A stretch of 64,000 bases of DNA from an uncultured Chloroflexia bacterium (GTDB lineage Bacteria; Chloroflexota; Limnocylindria; Limnocylindrales; CSP1-4). The stretch lies in contig CAVRVI010000006.1 of NCBI GenBank assembly GCA_963724635.1, positions 129,780 to 193,779 on the forward strand, in the 5' to 3' direction. Shown here piece by piece: positions 1-9,591 of the stretch; position 1 is the stretch's first letter, and every line of letters begins with the position of its first letter. The translations under genes and the position numbers were made by a program. Below the pieces are notes generated by a model, which had not been told where the DNA came from, did not search any database, and saw only the letters and a program-made list of their open reading frames with translations.

Positions 1-219
1 GCGGTAGCGGACCTCGCGGCCATCGCGCTCGGCCTCGACGAGGCCGCTGGCGCGCAGGACGGCGAGGTGTTGCGAAACGTTGGGCTGGCTCAGGTGGAGA
101 TCCTGGGCGAGCCGGCCGACACCGCTCGGTGCCACGGCGAGCTGGTGCAGGATCGCCAGTCGGCGCGGGCTCGACAGGGTCTTGAGGACCTCGGCTTGCA
201 GGATCGTGATCTCGTCCAT
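1..219 (-). CDS. ArsR/SmtB-family winged-helix regulator (N-terminal 73 codons; C-terminus lies beyond the left edge)
   Basis: My own reverse-strand translation from ATG at 219 gives MDEITILQAEVLKTLSSPRRLAILHQLAVAPSGVGRLAQDLHLSQPNVSQHLAVLRASGLVEAERDGREVRYR. This is a classic ArsR HTH. It is absent from the ORF track because it runs off the window. Confidence 0.8.
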   Translation of the reverse strand, partial: MDEITILQAEVLKTLSSPRRLAILHQLAVAPSGVGRLAQDLHLSQPNVSQHLAVLRASGLVEAERDGREVRYR

Positions 220-380
220 GCCCGCAGCATCGGTCACATGCGCATCTGCGCATCAGTGCCGCAGGTCACGGGGAGCGGGTTCGGGAACGGGCCATCCATG
301 GGCCGTTCGGCCCGTCGCGGGAACCATCGCCGGGCGAGCGGTGTACGGGGTACGGTTGAGCGTGGAGGGCCGTCCACATC

Positions 381-927
381 GACGACGACGAAGCGATCGC
401 GCGTGCTCGGAACGGCGACGTCACGGCGTACGAGGAGCTCGTGCGTCGATATACCGACGTGGCGCGCCGGACCGCGCATCTCGTATGCCCGGAGACCGAT
501 GCCGACGATGCCGTCCAGGATGCCTTCCTCAAGGCCTACGACGCCCTCCCCCGCTTTCGGAACGGCGCGCCGTTCCGGCCGTGGCTATTGCGGATCGTCG
601 CCAACGAAGCCCGCAACCGGCGTCGGTCCGTGGGTCGTCGCCACGGGCTCGCGCTGCGCGCCGCGACGACCCTCGCGAACGCGGATGCGGCCGTGCCGGG
701 TCCGGAGGGAGCGGTGATCGCTGCCGAGGCGCGCGGTGAGTTGCTCGCAGGCGCTCGCGACCCTGCGGGACGAGGACCGCGAGATCCTGGGTGCGCGGTT
801 CTTCCTGGACCTCTCCGAGGCCGAGACGGCCGAGGCGCTCGGGCTGGCTCGGGGGACGGTCAAGTCGCGGACGTCGCGGGCGCTGGGCAGGCTTCGCGCT
901 GCGATGTCCACCGGAGGCGACCGATGA
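381..927 (+). CDS. ECF-type sigma-70 factor, frame interrupted once (~750); true start unresolved
   Basis: Region 2 (DDEAIARARNGDVTAYEELVRRYTDVARR...DAVQDAFLKAYDALPRFRNGAPFRPWLLRIVANEARN) is in the frame of ORF 441... Region 4 (LATLRDEDREILGARFFLDLSEAETAEALGLARGTVKSRTSRALGRLR) is in ORF 736..927, one frame over. There is no in-frame ATG or GTG upstream of the conserved N-terminus. Confidence 0.8.
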
Positions 928-1779
928 CCGACTTCGCGCGCCGACCCCTCGACGACGAAGGCCTGATCGCCGCTCTGCGCGATGTCGCGGACGAGGTCGA
1001 CTGGCCCGGTGGAGTCGCCGCGCCCGACCTGGCAACGCGGGTGCGCGTCGTCATCGCCGACCGCGCAGCGGTCGGGCCGCCCGTGCGGCCGCCGGTGGCG
1101 GCCGGCGCGGCTCGCGCTGATCCTCGCGATCGTCGCGTTGCTGGCCCTGGCGGCGGTCGCCGGAGCGATGGTCCTGGGCTTGCCCGGGCTACGGATCACC
1201 CTGGGGGACCCGGGCGGGGCGCCGCCGACGGTCGCGCCAGCGGGGAGTGCCCCGGTCGCGTCTGGCCCGGCCGCATCCGCGGCGACCGAGCCGCCCGGGA
1301 CGCGTCTCGGTCTCGGCGTGCTGTCGAGCCTGACCGAGGCGCAGGTCGTCGTGGATCGGCCCATCCGGATGCCGTCGGATCCGGCGATCGGCGCGCCCGA
1401 CGCCATCTATGTCGATGTCGACAAGGGCAAGGCGGTCACGCTCGTCTGGGCGCCGACCGATGCGCTACCGCCGACCCTCGCGGCCGACGCGGGCCTCGTC
1501 CTCGTGGCGTTCGACGGCACGCTCGACAACGGGTACTTCCAGAAGGTCACCGGCAGCGGATCCACCGTGGAACCGGTGCGGGTGGCCGGTCACCGCGGTC
1601 TCTGGATCAGCGGCGACCCGCATCTCTTCTTCTTCGAGGACGCGGCCGGCGAGTTCGTCGACGACCAGCGACGGTGGGTCGGCGACGCGCTGGTGTGGAC
1701 GGAGGGATCGACGACGTACCGGCTGGAGACAGCGGCCGGTCGCGACGCCGCCGTCCGGATCGCGGAGAGCCTGGAGTAG
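924..1779 (+). CDS. Membrane-anchored anti-sigma-factor-like protein, frame interrupted once (~1090)
   Basis: ATG 924 overlaps the sigma gene stop (ATGA). The N-part MTDFARRPLDDEGLIAALRDVADEVDWPGG...IADRAAVGPP is in one frame. The TM helix LALILAIVALLALAAVAGAMVLG and a ~230-aa C-domain (ORF 982..1779) are in the next frame. The role is inferred from position after the ECF sigma gene. The C-domain family is not identified. Confidence 0.6.
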
Positions 1780-2048
1780 GGCGCGCGCCGGCCTGTGTTC
1801 GCGGCGAGCGAACGAATCCGGTGGGAAGGCCACGAGCCACGTCGGCTAGCAGCCAGTCGCAGCGTCCTTGGCCTCGGCCGTTCGCTTGGGGCGAACAGAT
1901 CCAGGCGGACGTCGCCCGATCGCGTCGTCACGGGGGACTTCGATCCGAAAGCGTTCGCTACGTGCGAACACCGGGCAGCGCACGTGGCCGACCTGTTCAC
2001 ATGACGTGGATCGGGCCCCGGTCTCGCGCCGCGGCCCCACCCGAGCGG

Positions 2049-2468
2049 TCAGCCCTTGGACCGCGACTTCAAGACCGACCGCACGACGAGCAGGAGCACG
2101 ATCGCGACGATCTGACCCATGATCGCGACCCGGGTCAGGTCCATCGCGGGCTCCCAACGCACGACGCCGTCCTTGATGACATAGACCCCGGCGGGAGTGG
2201 CTCGCAGCCCGAACCCGACGCCGGATCCGCTCCCCGGCGTGATCCCATCCAGGGCGGCCGTGGCCCCGTCAGCGACGGACGCGTCGGCGTCTCCCGTGGT
2301 CGTCGCGGCGAAGGCCGGGTGCGGTCCCTCACCGGTCCCGCCCCCGCCGCCGCCCATCACATTGGCGACCGGGATGATGGTCAGCCCATCGCGCTCGATG
2401 GGGTCGCCGAACACCCGCCGCACCGTCATCGCGTCGCGGGCCTGGGTCAGGACTTCGTCGATCTGCAT
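2049..2468 (-). CDS. GerW/YtfJ-family (spore germination protein GerW-like) protein
   Basis: This is the inner part of ORF 2049..2723, starting at ATG 2468. It reads MQIDEVLTQARDAMTVRRVFGDPIERDGLTIIPVANVMGGGGGG...GVYVIKDGVVRWEPAMD and ends in a C-terminal hydrophobic helix. Confidence 0.8.
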   Translation of the reverse strand: MQIDEVLTQARDAMTVRRVFGDPIERDGLTIIPVANVMGGGGGGTGEGPHPAFAATTTGDADASVADGATAALDGITPGSGSGVGFGLRATPAGVYVIKDGVVRWEPAMDLTRVAIMGQIVAIVLLLVVRSVLKSRSKG

Positions 2469-3112
2469 GCGTGTGTCCTCCAGGCGAGCCTCGGTCGGGC
2501 CCAGCCATCGTCTATCTGGTGGTCCGCGGAGTTCCGGCGGCCATGCAAGGGTACCGCCGGCGCGGTCACACGGCCGTCGGCGACGATAGTGACCCTTGGC
2601 CTCTGCGCCCTTGGCTCTAGACTGCCGCTGTGAACGACGAACGACCGACTTGGGGTCCGGTTCTGCTGGCAGTGACGGTGATCGTTCTCCTTGTCGGTAC
2701 GGGACTCCTGGCGATCGGCGCATTGATGGCTCGGTCGTTCTTTGCCAATTAGCCTGCCCCTGCCGTCACACCGCTAGGCTAGATCGATTCGAGCCGCGAC
2801 CCCTAGGTGGCCGCCTGCTCTTCCTGGCGACCGGACGCGGGTACCCGACGCGGCGTCCCCTTCTTGGGGCGCCTCCCGCTCGCCGCTGTCGTACTCGACA
2901 GCACCCGACGTGAGTCGACCGTCGCACCTGCGCTGCGCCAATTGCTCAGGTGACATTTCCGGACACTTTGCGACCATGCCGCAACCTCGCCGGACCCGGA
3001 CCGCTCAGAGACGTCTCAGGCGACTCTCAGGGAACCGTGGGAACCTGCGGTCGACGGAGCGGCGGTGCCGCGGCACCGCTCCTACCCGCTCCGCCTCAGG
3101 AGGCCCAGCTAC

Positions 3113-3907
3113 ATGTCCCGAAATCGTCTCGTCGGTCTGGTGCTCATCGCCGTCGTCGCCGTCGGCATCGGTGCGTACCTCGCCTACGACAACGTCCTCC
3201 GCGGCGATGCTGCGGCCCCACTCGCCCTCCCGTCCGCCTCGGCCGACATTGGCGTGGCCACCTCCGACGGAACCGACGGCATCCGTCGATCCCGCGGCCA
3301 GCGCGAGCGCCACCGCGACCACCGAGACCATCGTCTGCGCCCGGGTCACCGGCGCGATGGCGACGTGGCCGGCACCTGGACCATCGTGGAAGGCAGCGAA
3401 GCCGGCTACCGCGTTCGCGAGCAGTTGGCCAACCTCCCCGCGGAGTCCGATGCCGTCGGACGCACGAGCGACGTCTCGGGCTCCATCACGCTCGTCTCGG
3501 CGAGCGACGGCGCACGACTGACCGAGGGCTCGATCACGGTCGATACGACGACCATCGCCTCCGACGAAGACCGCCGCGACAACCGGATGCGCAGCGAGGG
3601 CCTGCAGACCGACCAGTTCCCGACCGCCACGTTCGTGATCACGGCACCCGTGGAGATCCCGGCCGCTGCCCTTGCGGGGACGCCGACCGACGTCACGCTG
3701 ACGGGCGACCTGACCTTGCATGGCGTGACCAAGTCGGTCGAGATCCCGGCCCAGGCCCAGCTCGTGAACGGCCAGGTCCAGGTCGCGGGCTCGCTGCCGA
3801 TCAGTCTGGCCGACTACTCCATCACCGCGCCGAACGTCGGCGGGTTCATCGTCTCGATCGCCGACAACGGCGCGCTGGAGTTCCTGGCGGTGTTCGCCAA
3901 GGCCTGA
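3113..3907 (+). CDS. YceI-family protein with N-terminal membrane anchor
   Basis: From ORF 3065..3907; ATG 3113 gives MSRNRLVGLVLIAVVAVGIGAYLAY. YceI-like motifs follow (GTWTIVEGSEAGYRVRE, TATFVITA, LTLHGVTKSVEIPA). The Arg/His-rich stretch at ~3290-3370 looks like an out-of-frame Ala/Pro/Thr linker, so compensating indels are possible. Confidence 0.8.
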   Translation: MSRNRLVGLVLIAVVAVGIGAYLAYDNVLRGDAAAPLALPSASADIGVATSDGTDGIRRSRGQRERHRDHRDHRLRPGHRRDGDVAGTWTIVEGSEAGYRVREQLANLPAESDAVGRTSDVSGSITLVSASDGARLTEGSITVDTTTIASDEDRRDNRMRSEGLQTDQFPTATFVITAPVEIPAAALAGTPTDVTLTGDLTLHGVTKSVEIPAQAQLVNGQVQVAGSLPISLADYSITAPNVGGFIVSIADNGALEFLAVFAKA

Positions 3908-3941
3908 CCGCGGGCCGTCGTGGCCGGGCGCGGCGCAAGCC

Positions 3942-4622
3942 CTAGTAGCTGCCGCTCCCGCCGTCGAGGCGATGTTTGGCCACGAACGCGGCCGCCTGGG
4001 CTCGGCGCTCCAGGTTCAGCTTCGAGAGGATCGAGCTGACGTAGTTCTTGACGGTCTTGTCCGACAGGAAGATCTCCGCGGCGATCTCCTTGTTGGTCTT
4101 GCCTTCGGCGACCAGGAGCAGGATCCGCTGTTCCTGGGCGGTGAGCGCGGCCAGCTCGTCGGACTGGCCGCCGGTCGCGATCCGCCGCACGCGCTCCAGC
4201 ACCTTCTCCGTGACGGCCGGGTCCAGCAACGACCCGCCACGCCCGACGGTCTCGAGCGCCGTCATCAGGTCGCGCGCCCGGATCTGCTTGAGCAGGTAGC
4301 CCGAGGCGCCCGCGACGATGGCGGACAGCACGGCTTCCTCATCGGGATACGAGGTCAGCATCACGACACGGGTCGCCGGCAGCTCCGAGCGGATCTCGCG
4401 GCAGGCCTCAACCCCGGAGCCGTCCGGCAGGCGGACATCCATGACCACGATGTCGGGCTGGAACCGGCGCGCCGCCTCGATCGCCTCGGCCACGGTCCCG
4501 GCCTCGGCGACCACCTGGAACCCCTCGCGGCGATCCAGCAGGGAGACCAGGCCCTGGCGGACGACCTCATGATCATCGACGACCAGGATGCGCAGGACGG
4601 GGTTCGGCGTGGTGTCGGTCAC
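3942..4622 (-). CDS. NarL/LuxR-family response regulator (DosR/DevR-like)
   Basis: Receiver domain (ILVVDDHEVVRQGL...DIVVMDVRLPDGSG) plus LuxR HTH (LTAQEQRILLLVAEGKTNKEIAAEIFLSDKTVKNYVSSILSKL). It overlaps the upstream kinase gene by 4 nt. Confidence 0.9.
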   Translation of the reverse strand: MTDTTPNPVLRILVVDDHEVVRQGLVSLLDRREGFQVVAEAGTVAEAIEAARRFQPDIVVMDVRLPDGSGVEACREIRSELPATRVVMLTSYPDEEAVLSAIVAGASGYLLKQIRARDLMTALETVGRGGSLLDPAVTEKVLERVRRIATGGQSDELAALTAQEQRILLLVAEGKTNKEIAAEIFLSDKTVKNYVSSILSKLNLERRAQAAAFVAKHRLDGGSGSY

Positions 4623-5832
4623 GATGTGGGCGCCTCGCTCATGGCGGGGAGATGGACGATGAGTCGCGTGCCGGATCCGGGTCGACTGTCGATCTCGAGA
4701 CGCCCACCCGCCGCCACCGCGCGTTCGCGAAGGTTGATGAGACCATGATGCCCTTCCGGCGCGATCGCCGCCGGGTCGAATCCGACACCGTTATCGACGA
4801 TCTCGACCGTCGTCTCGTCGGTGAGGGTCGTCACGACGATCCGGACCTGCGTCGCCCGCGCGTGTCGAGCGACATTGCTGAGGGCCTCGCGCACGAGGTG
4901 CAACAGTTCCGCGCTCGCGCCGGCGCCGAGCGTCGCCAACCGATCGTCGGCAGGCATCCGCACCTCGACATCGATCGCGCTGGTAAGGCGCAGCTCATCC
5001 GCCAGCGCCACGATCCCCGGCACGAACTCGCCGCCCGACAGTCCGGGTCGCAGGCCAAGGATGAACTCGCGGATATCGGCGATGGAGCGATGGATGCCAT
5101 CGATCGCCCGATCGATCCGGCGGAGCGCCTCCTCGGGTTGCTCTTCGAGGGTCGCCTCCACGTCCTCGAGCGAGAGTCCGACCGCGTACAGGCGCTGGAT
5201 GACCCCGTCGTGGAGATCGCGTCCGATCCGTTCGCGCTCGGCCACGACCCGGAGCGCGGCCGAGTCGATCGTGCAGGTGGGCGTTCTGGATCGCGATGCC
5301 GGCATGGCGGGCGAAGAGCTCGACGATCCGCTGGTCCGCCGCATCGAACTCGGGCGCGGACCGCTTGTCGGTCATGTAGAGATCGCCGACCGCCTGCCCA
5401 CCGACCAGGATCGGAACGCCCAGGAGCGAGTGCATCGGCGGATGATTCGGCGGGAAGCCGTGCGAATCCGGGTGCGCCGAGATCTCGGGGATGCGGATGC
5501 GATCGAACCTCGCGGATGATCACCCCCAGGAGCCCGTGTCCCTCCGGCAGCGGTCCGATCGCCTCGCGCTCCTCGCGCGTGAGTCCTGAGGTGATGAACC
5601 GCTCGATCCGGCCCGATGGGTCCGCGATGCCGAGCGCCGCGTACCGCGCATCCACGAGGGCGCAGACCCGATCCACGATGAGCTGCAGGACGGTCTCGAG
5701 GTCGAGCACCTCGGTGATGGCTCGCGTGGCGGCGTCAAGGGCCTCGATCGCCTCGATGGCCATCGCGCCGGACGGTTCGGCAGGAGCGCTGGGGCTCGGC
5801 TCGGTGACGGGGGCCGGCGCGGGGGTGTCCAT
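4619..5832 (-). CDS. GAF-domain sensor histidine kinase (HisKA_3 + HATPase_c, DevS-like), two frame interruptions (~5500, ~5262)
   Basis: The gene is split over three ORF-track frames:
- GAF N-part: VLDLETVLQLIVDRVCALVDARYAALGIAD...GHGLLGVIIRE.
- Middle part: IRIPEISAHPDSHGFPPNHPPMHSLLGVPILVGGQAVGDLY...IQNAHLHDRL.
- H-box and ATPase part: AALRVVAERERIGRDLHDGVIQRLYAV...VDNGVGF...GHHGLINLRERA. Confidence 0.8.
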
Positions 5833-5917
5833 GTGCTGCGGAGCGTACCGCGCAGGACAAGGCGCCGACCCACGGTCGGGACCGCCAGCGTCGGGCGGGA
5901 CACATCCGTGACCGGCT

Positions 5918-7345
5918 TCAGGCGAGGATCGCCGCCAGCGCCTCCACGACATCGCCGGAGACATGGGAACCGGCCTCCTCGCGCAGGACCGCCAGGGCCG
6001 CCTCGGTCGACATGGCGGCGCGGTACGGGCGGTCCGCGGTCAGCGCCTCGTAGACGTCTGCCACGGCGACGATGCGAGCCCCGGTCGTGAGTTCGGGCTC
6101 GGTCATGCCGCGGAAGTAGCCCAGCCCGTCCAGGCGTTCGTGGTGGCAGGCGGCGAGCTCGGCCACGACGGCGAACGCCGGGACCGGCTCCAGGATCCGC
6201 AGGGTGAGCTCCGGATGGCGCCGGATGACTTCGAACTCGGACGGATCGAGGCGTGACGGCTTGTCGAGGATGGTGTTCGGGACCCCGAGCTTGCCCAGAT
6301 CGTGGAGGAGACCCGCTCGTCGGATGTCGACCACGTCGCGGTCCGTCAGCCCAAGCCGGACCCCGATCCCCTCGGCGATGGCCGCGACGCGCTGCGAATG
6401 GGAACCGGTGTACGGACTCTTGGCATCGACGATGTCCGCGAAGGCGGACGCGAGACGATCGATGTCGACCTCGTCGTCGAGGCGGGCATCCGGCTCGGTC
6501 GGCGGCTCGAAGGCCATCGTCCGGGTGACGAGATCGGGTTCATCCAGCTCATCGAGCAGACCCCGCGTCGCGGCCTCCAGAAGGGCGTCCACGACATCGG
6601 GCTCGTACCAGGTGCCACGCCGCGCGGCCAGGACGGCGAGCGCTTCGGCCCGTCCGCGCACGGATGTGAACAGGTCCAGCCCCGCGCACGCCGCGATGAT
6701 CCGGGCGTGGCGGTCGATGGCGGTCCCGGCCAGGCCGACCGGGTGGCCGCGCCCGTCCCACAGCTCGTGGACATCGTGGATCGCGGCACCGACGGCATCG
6801 CCGAACCCCGCCTTGCGGGCGATCGCCGCCCCGCGCTCGCAGCGCACCTGCTCGATCGCCCGCCGCTCGCGCGACCCGGCGAGCCCGATCCGGATCAGGC
6901 GTCGCAGTCGGAGTGGCAAGGGTTCCGCCGCCGGCAGGCTTCGGATCGTGAATGCCGCGTAGGCCAGCGTCGAGCGTTCCACCGTCGATTGACGCGCCTT
7001 GAGCGCGATGTCATCGACGCCGAAGATGCTCGTGACCGCGGCCGCGTTGGAGGAGCAGCCGGCGTCCTTGAGGAAGCTCGCGTAGAACAGGGTCGCGCGA
7101 TCGGCGGTCGCCACGCGGAGCGACTCGGCCACGCGCATCGCGAGATACGTCGTCCGCAATGAGTGTCCCGGCAGCTGGCCTTCCGTCAGGTCCAGCGCGG
7201 TCGAGAGGGCGGCCAGCAGCCGTGACGTCGAGACGGGCTCGTCGCGCAGGAGGCGCAGACCGGCCGCGACCGGCGAGGCGGTCGTGGTCCCGTCAAGGTA
7301 GCGGATGACCATCCGGTCGGGCGCGAGCGCGCGAGCGACGTCCAT
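5918..7345 (-). CDS. Tandem HD-domain phosphohydrolase: degenerate N-terminal HD-GYP-like domain plus C-terminal HD-GYP-type domain
   Basis: Intact 475-aa ORF. The C-domain carries HSQRV...LLHDLGKLGVP...HHERLDGLGYFRG...VADVYEALTADRPY. The N-domain carries HSLRT...FLKDAGC (HD changed to KD)...HELWDGRGHP. Confidence 0.85.
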   Translation of the reverse strand: MDVARALAPDRMVIRYLDGTTTASPVAAGLRLLRDEPVSTSRLLAALSTALDLTEGQLPGHSLRTTYLAMRVAESLRVATADRATLFYASFLKDAGCSSNAAAVTSIFGVDDIALKARQSTVERSTLAYAAFTIRSLPAAEPLPLRLRRLIRIGLAGSRERRAIEQVRCERGAAIARKAGFGDAVGAAIHDVHELWDGRGHPVGLAGTAIDRHARIIAACAGLDLFTSVRGRAEALAVLAARRGTWYEPDVVDALLEAATRGLLDELDEPDLVTRTMAFEPPTEPDARLDDEVDIDRLASAFADIVDAKSPYTGSHSQRVAAIAEGIGVRLGLTDRDVVDIRRAGLLHDLGKLGVPNTILDKPSRLDPSEFEVIRRHPELTLRILEPVPAFAVVAELAACHHERLDGLGYFRGMTEPELTTGARIVAVADVYEALTADRPYRAAMSTEAALAVLREEAGSHVSGDVVEALAAILA

Positions 7346-7451
7346 GGGTCGTCAGGGTGCCCGGATGCGGGGCGAACGGCCCTGCGTCGAGGGTCCCGGT
7401 CCGCCTGGCCGGTGGTACGGCCGGTCGCATCCGACGACCGCGCCCCGGCGA

Positions 7452-8255
7452 CTACTTCGTGTACACCCCGCCCGGATCGAGCTCCTCGCGCACGAGGCGA
7501 AGCTCCTCCTCGGTCGGTGCCGGAGTCGCACCGACCTCGTCGGCCACCTTGATGTCCCAGCCGATCGTCTCGCGCACGGCCTCGAGCGTGGCACCGGGAT
7601 GGAGCGAGTCCAGCCGCATCTCGCCCGCATCGTCGAAGTGGTAGATGCCCAGGTCCGTGACGACGACGGACGGCCCGCGACCCAGCCAGCCGCCCGCGCG
7701 CCGGATGCGCTCGGCCTCCTCGGCGCCACCCAGGTTGCCGGGTGACGTCCGGAAATCGATCGTCTCCACGAACGACCGCTTCGACTGGCGCATGATCACG
7801 AACACCTGACGGGCGTTGATGGCGATCTCGCAGGCCCCGCCCGACCCCGGCAGGCGCGTCGTCGGGTGGTCGTATGGGCCGATCACGGTCGTGTTGATGT
7901 TGCCGAACCGGTCGATCTGGGCCGCGCCCAGGAAGCCGACATCGACCAGGCCGCCCTGCAGGTAGTAGCCGAAGAGCTCGAACATGCTCACGACCGCGGT
8001 GGAGCCCGTGACGATCGTCGGGTCGCCGATGGACAGGGGCAGTCGCTTCGGCCTCGCCCCGAAGACGCCCGCCTCGTACACCATCTCGAGCCCGGGATTG
8101 ACGGTCCGCTGGGCGAGGTTCACCGCGATGTTGGGCAACCCGACGCCGACGAAACAGACCCGCTGCCCGGCCAGGGCCCGTGCCGCCGCGACGATCATCA
8201 TCTCCGACTTGGAGAAGCCGGCGGGGGCGGTCGCCGCGAGCCGCTCGCCCGTCAT
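7452..8255 (-). CDS. CoA-transferase subunit B (3-oxoacid/glutaconate CoA-transferase family)
   Basis: Intact 267-aa ORF with VGVGLPNIAVNLAQ, GAAQIDRFGNINTTVIG, LPGSGGACEIA and VVTDLGIY. Confidence 0.85.
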   Translation of the reverse strand: MTGERLAATAPAGFSKSEMMIVAAARALAGQRVCFVGVGLPNIAVNLAQRTVNPGLEMVYEAGVFGARPKRLPLSIGDPTIVTGSTAVVSMFELFGYYLQGGLVDVGFLGAAQIDRFGNINTTVIGPYDHPTTRLPGSGGACEIAINARQVFVIMRQSKRSFVETIDFRTSPGNLGGAEEAERIRRAGGWLGRGPSVVVTDLGIYHFDDAGEMRLDSLHPGATLEAVRETIGWDIKVADEVGATPAPTEEELRLVREELDPGGVYTK

Positions 8256-8620
8256 CGACGCGCCTCGAACAGCTCGATGGGGTTGCCATCCGGATCGTCG
8301 ACGAGGATCTGCTTCCCGCCGGGACCCGTGACGACGTCGTTGCGGAAGCCGAGGCCCGCCGCACGCAGCTCGGCGACGAGCGACCCGAGGTCCGGGACCT
8401 CCAGGACGAGCCGGTTCCAGCCACCGGGCTCGGGCTGCCGTCCGTCCGGCATGGGTCGCGAGGCGGAGCTGGCCGGTCCGCTCAGCCAGACCGTGAGGTC
8501 GTCCCGGGAGACACTGGCGAAGGCCGGACCCATCTGCTGGTCCAGGGTGAACCCGAGCGGCCCCGCGTAGAACGCCACGGCACGGTCCACGTCAGCGACG
8601 ATGTAGCGCACGGTCGCCAT
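8252..8620 (-). CDS. VOC/glyoxalase-family protein
   Basis: Inner ATG at 8620 of ORF 8252..8743 gives MATVRYIVADVDRAVAFYAGPLGFTL...GWNRLVLEVPDLGSLVAELRAAGLGFRNDVV...LVDDPDGNPIELFE. It sits between the two CoA-transferase subunit genes and overlaps the stop or start codon of each. Confidence 0.75.
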   Translation of the reverse strand: MATVRYIVADVDRAVAFYAGPLGFTLDQQMGPAFASVSRDDLTVWLSGPASSASRPMPDGRQPEPGGWNRLVLEVPDLGSLVAELRAAGLGFRNDVVTGPGGKQILVDDPDGNPIELFEARR

Positions 8621-9584
8621 CAGCGGTACTCCCCGTAGTCCACGCTGCCGGACGGGGCCGCGGCCGACGGCTGGAGCGCAGCCATCCGCTCCGGCCCGAG
8701 CTTGTCCATGTACTCCGCGCGTCCGGACACCCCATAGACCCACTCGCGCAGCCAGGCCTGGACCGCGGCCTCATCCCGGCTGATGGGATCCCAGTCCAGG
8801 TAGAACCGGTTATCGCGGTCGTAGGCGCCCTGGACGTACGAAGGGTGAGCACCCCACGGCTCCACGACCACCGCGTCCACGATCAGCCCCGGGATGATCG
8901 TCCGGTTCGGATCGGCCCGGATCACCTCGTCGTCCACGAGCTCCTCCACGACGACGATGACCCGGTCCGAGGCGAACGCGACTTCCTTCTGGCAGCCCAG
9001 CAGGCCCCAGACCTGGGTATCGCCGCTGGCCGACGCGCGCTGGGCGTGGACGATCCCGACATCCGGCTTCAGCGGGGGGACGGCGTAGATGGTCTCGTCC
9101 CCGTACGGCGACTGGATCGGGCGGATGAGCGGGTTCGCGACCGGCAGGTCCGTCTCGAAGTACGACTGCGCAGCGGGAAGAAGGGCAGGTTCATGGCCCC
9201 GGCCGTGTAGCGCCCCACCATCCCGAAGTGGCTGTACTCCTCGACCGCGAGCGGCTCTTCGGGGATATCGCCTTCGATCCGGCGACGGATCGCGCCAAGA
9301 CCACCGACGCCGGGGTTGCCCAGCCACGAGAACACGAGCCTGGAGGCCACACCGCCGGCGATCATCTGGTCGTAGATGACGTCCGGCGTCATCCGCGCGA
9401 GGGTCAGGTCGCGTCGGCGCTGGCGGATGATCTCGTGCCCGGCGGAGAAGCCGATGAGATGGGTGAACCCCTCGATGGCGACCGTGTCCCCGTCGCGCAC
9501 GAACGCCGCGATGGCGTCGTGCATGGAGGCGACCTTGGTCGCACCCATCGACGCGACGTTGGTCGCGCCCGTGGTCGTGGTCAT
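8620..9584 (-). CDS. CoA-transferase subunit A, one frame interruption (~9166)
   Basis: The N-part is in ORF 9069..9629, from ATG 9584: MTTTTGATNV...DGDTVAIEGFTHLIGFSAGHEIIRQRRRDLTLAR...AGAMNLPFFPLRS. It continues in ORF 8620..9327: SYFETDLPVANPLIRPIQSPYGDETIYAVPPLKPDVGIVHAQRA... Confidence 0.8.
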
Positions 9585-9591
9585 GGCAGCC

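Noticed and set aside
441-2633. 730-aa ORF on the plus strand (and similar giants: 10346..12541 -, 13511..15439 +, 33129..36062 -, 50135..52426 +, 20779..21423 -).
   Set aside because: These are typical high-GC shadow ORFs. Their translations are Arg/Pro/Gly/Ala-rich and lack motifs. They overlap, in another frame or antisense, genes with clear family signatures. Only the short portions noted in the features are real coding sequence.
2630-2752. 40-aa hydrophobic ORF (VNDERPTWGPVLLAVTVIVLLVGTGLLAIGALMARSFFAN) in the 640-bp gap between GerW and YceI.
   Set aside because: It has no RBS and a GTG start, and many codons end in A or T, which is atypical for genes here. It cannot be supported beyond hydrophobicity.
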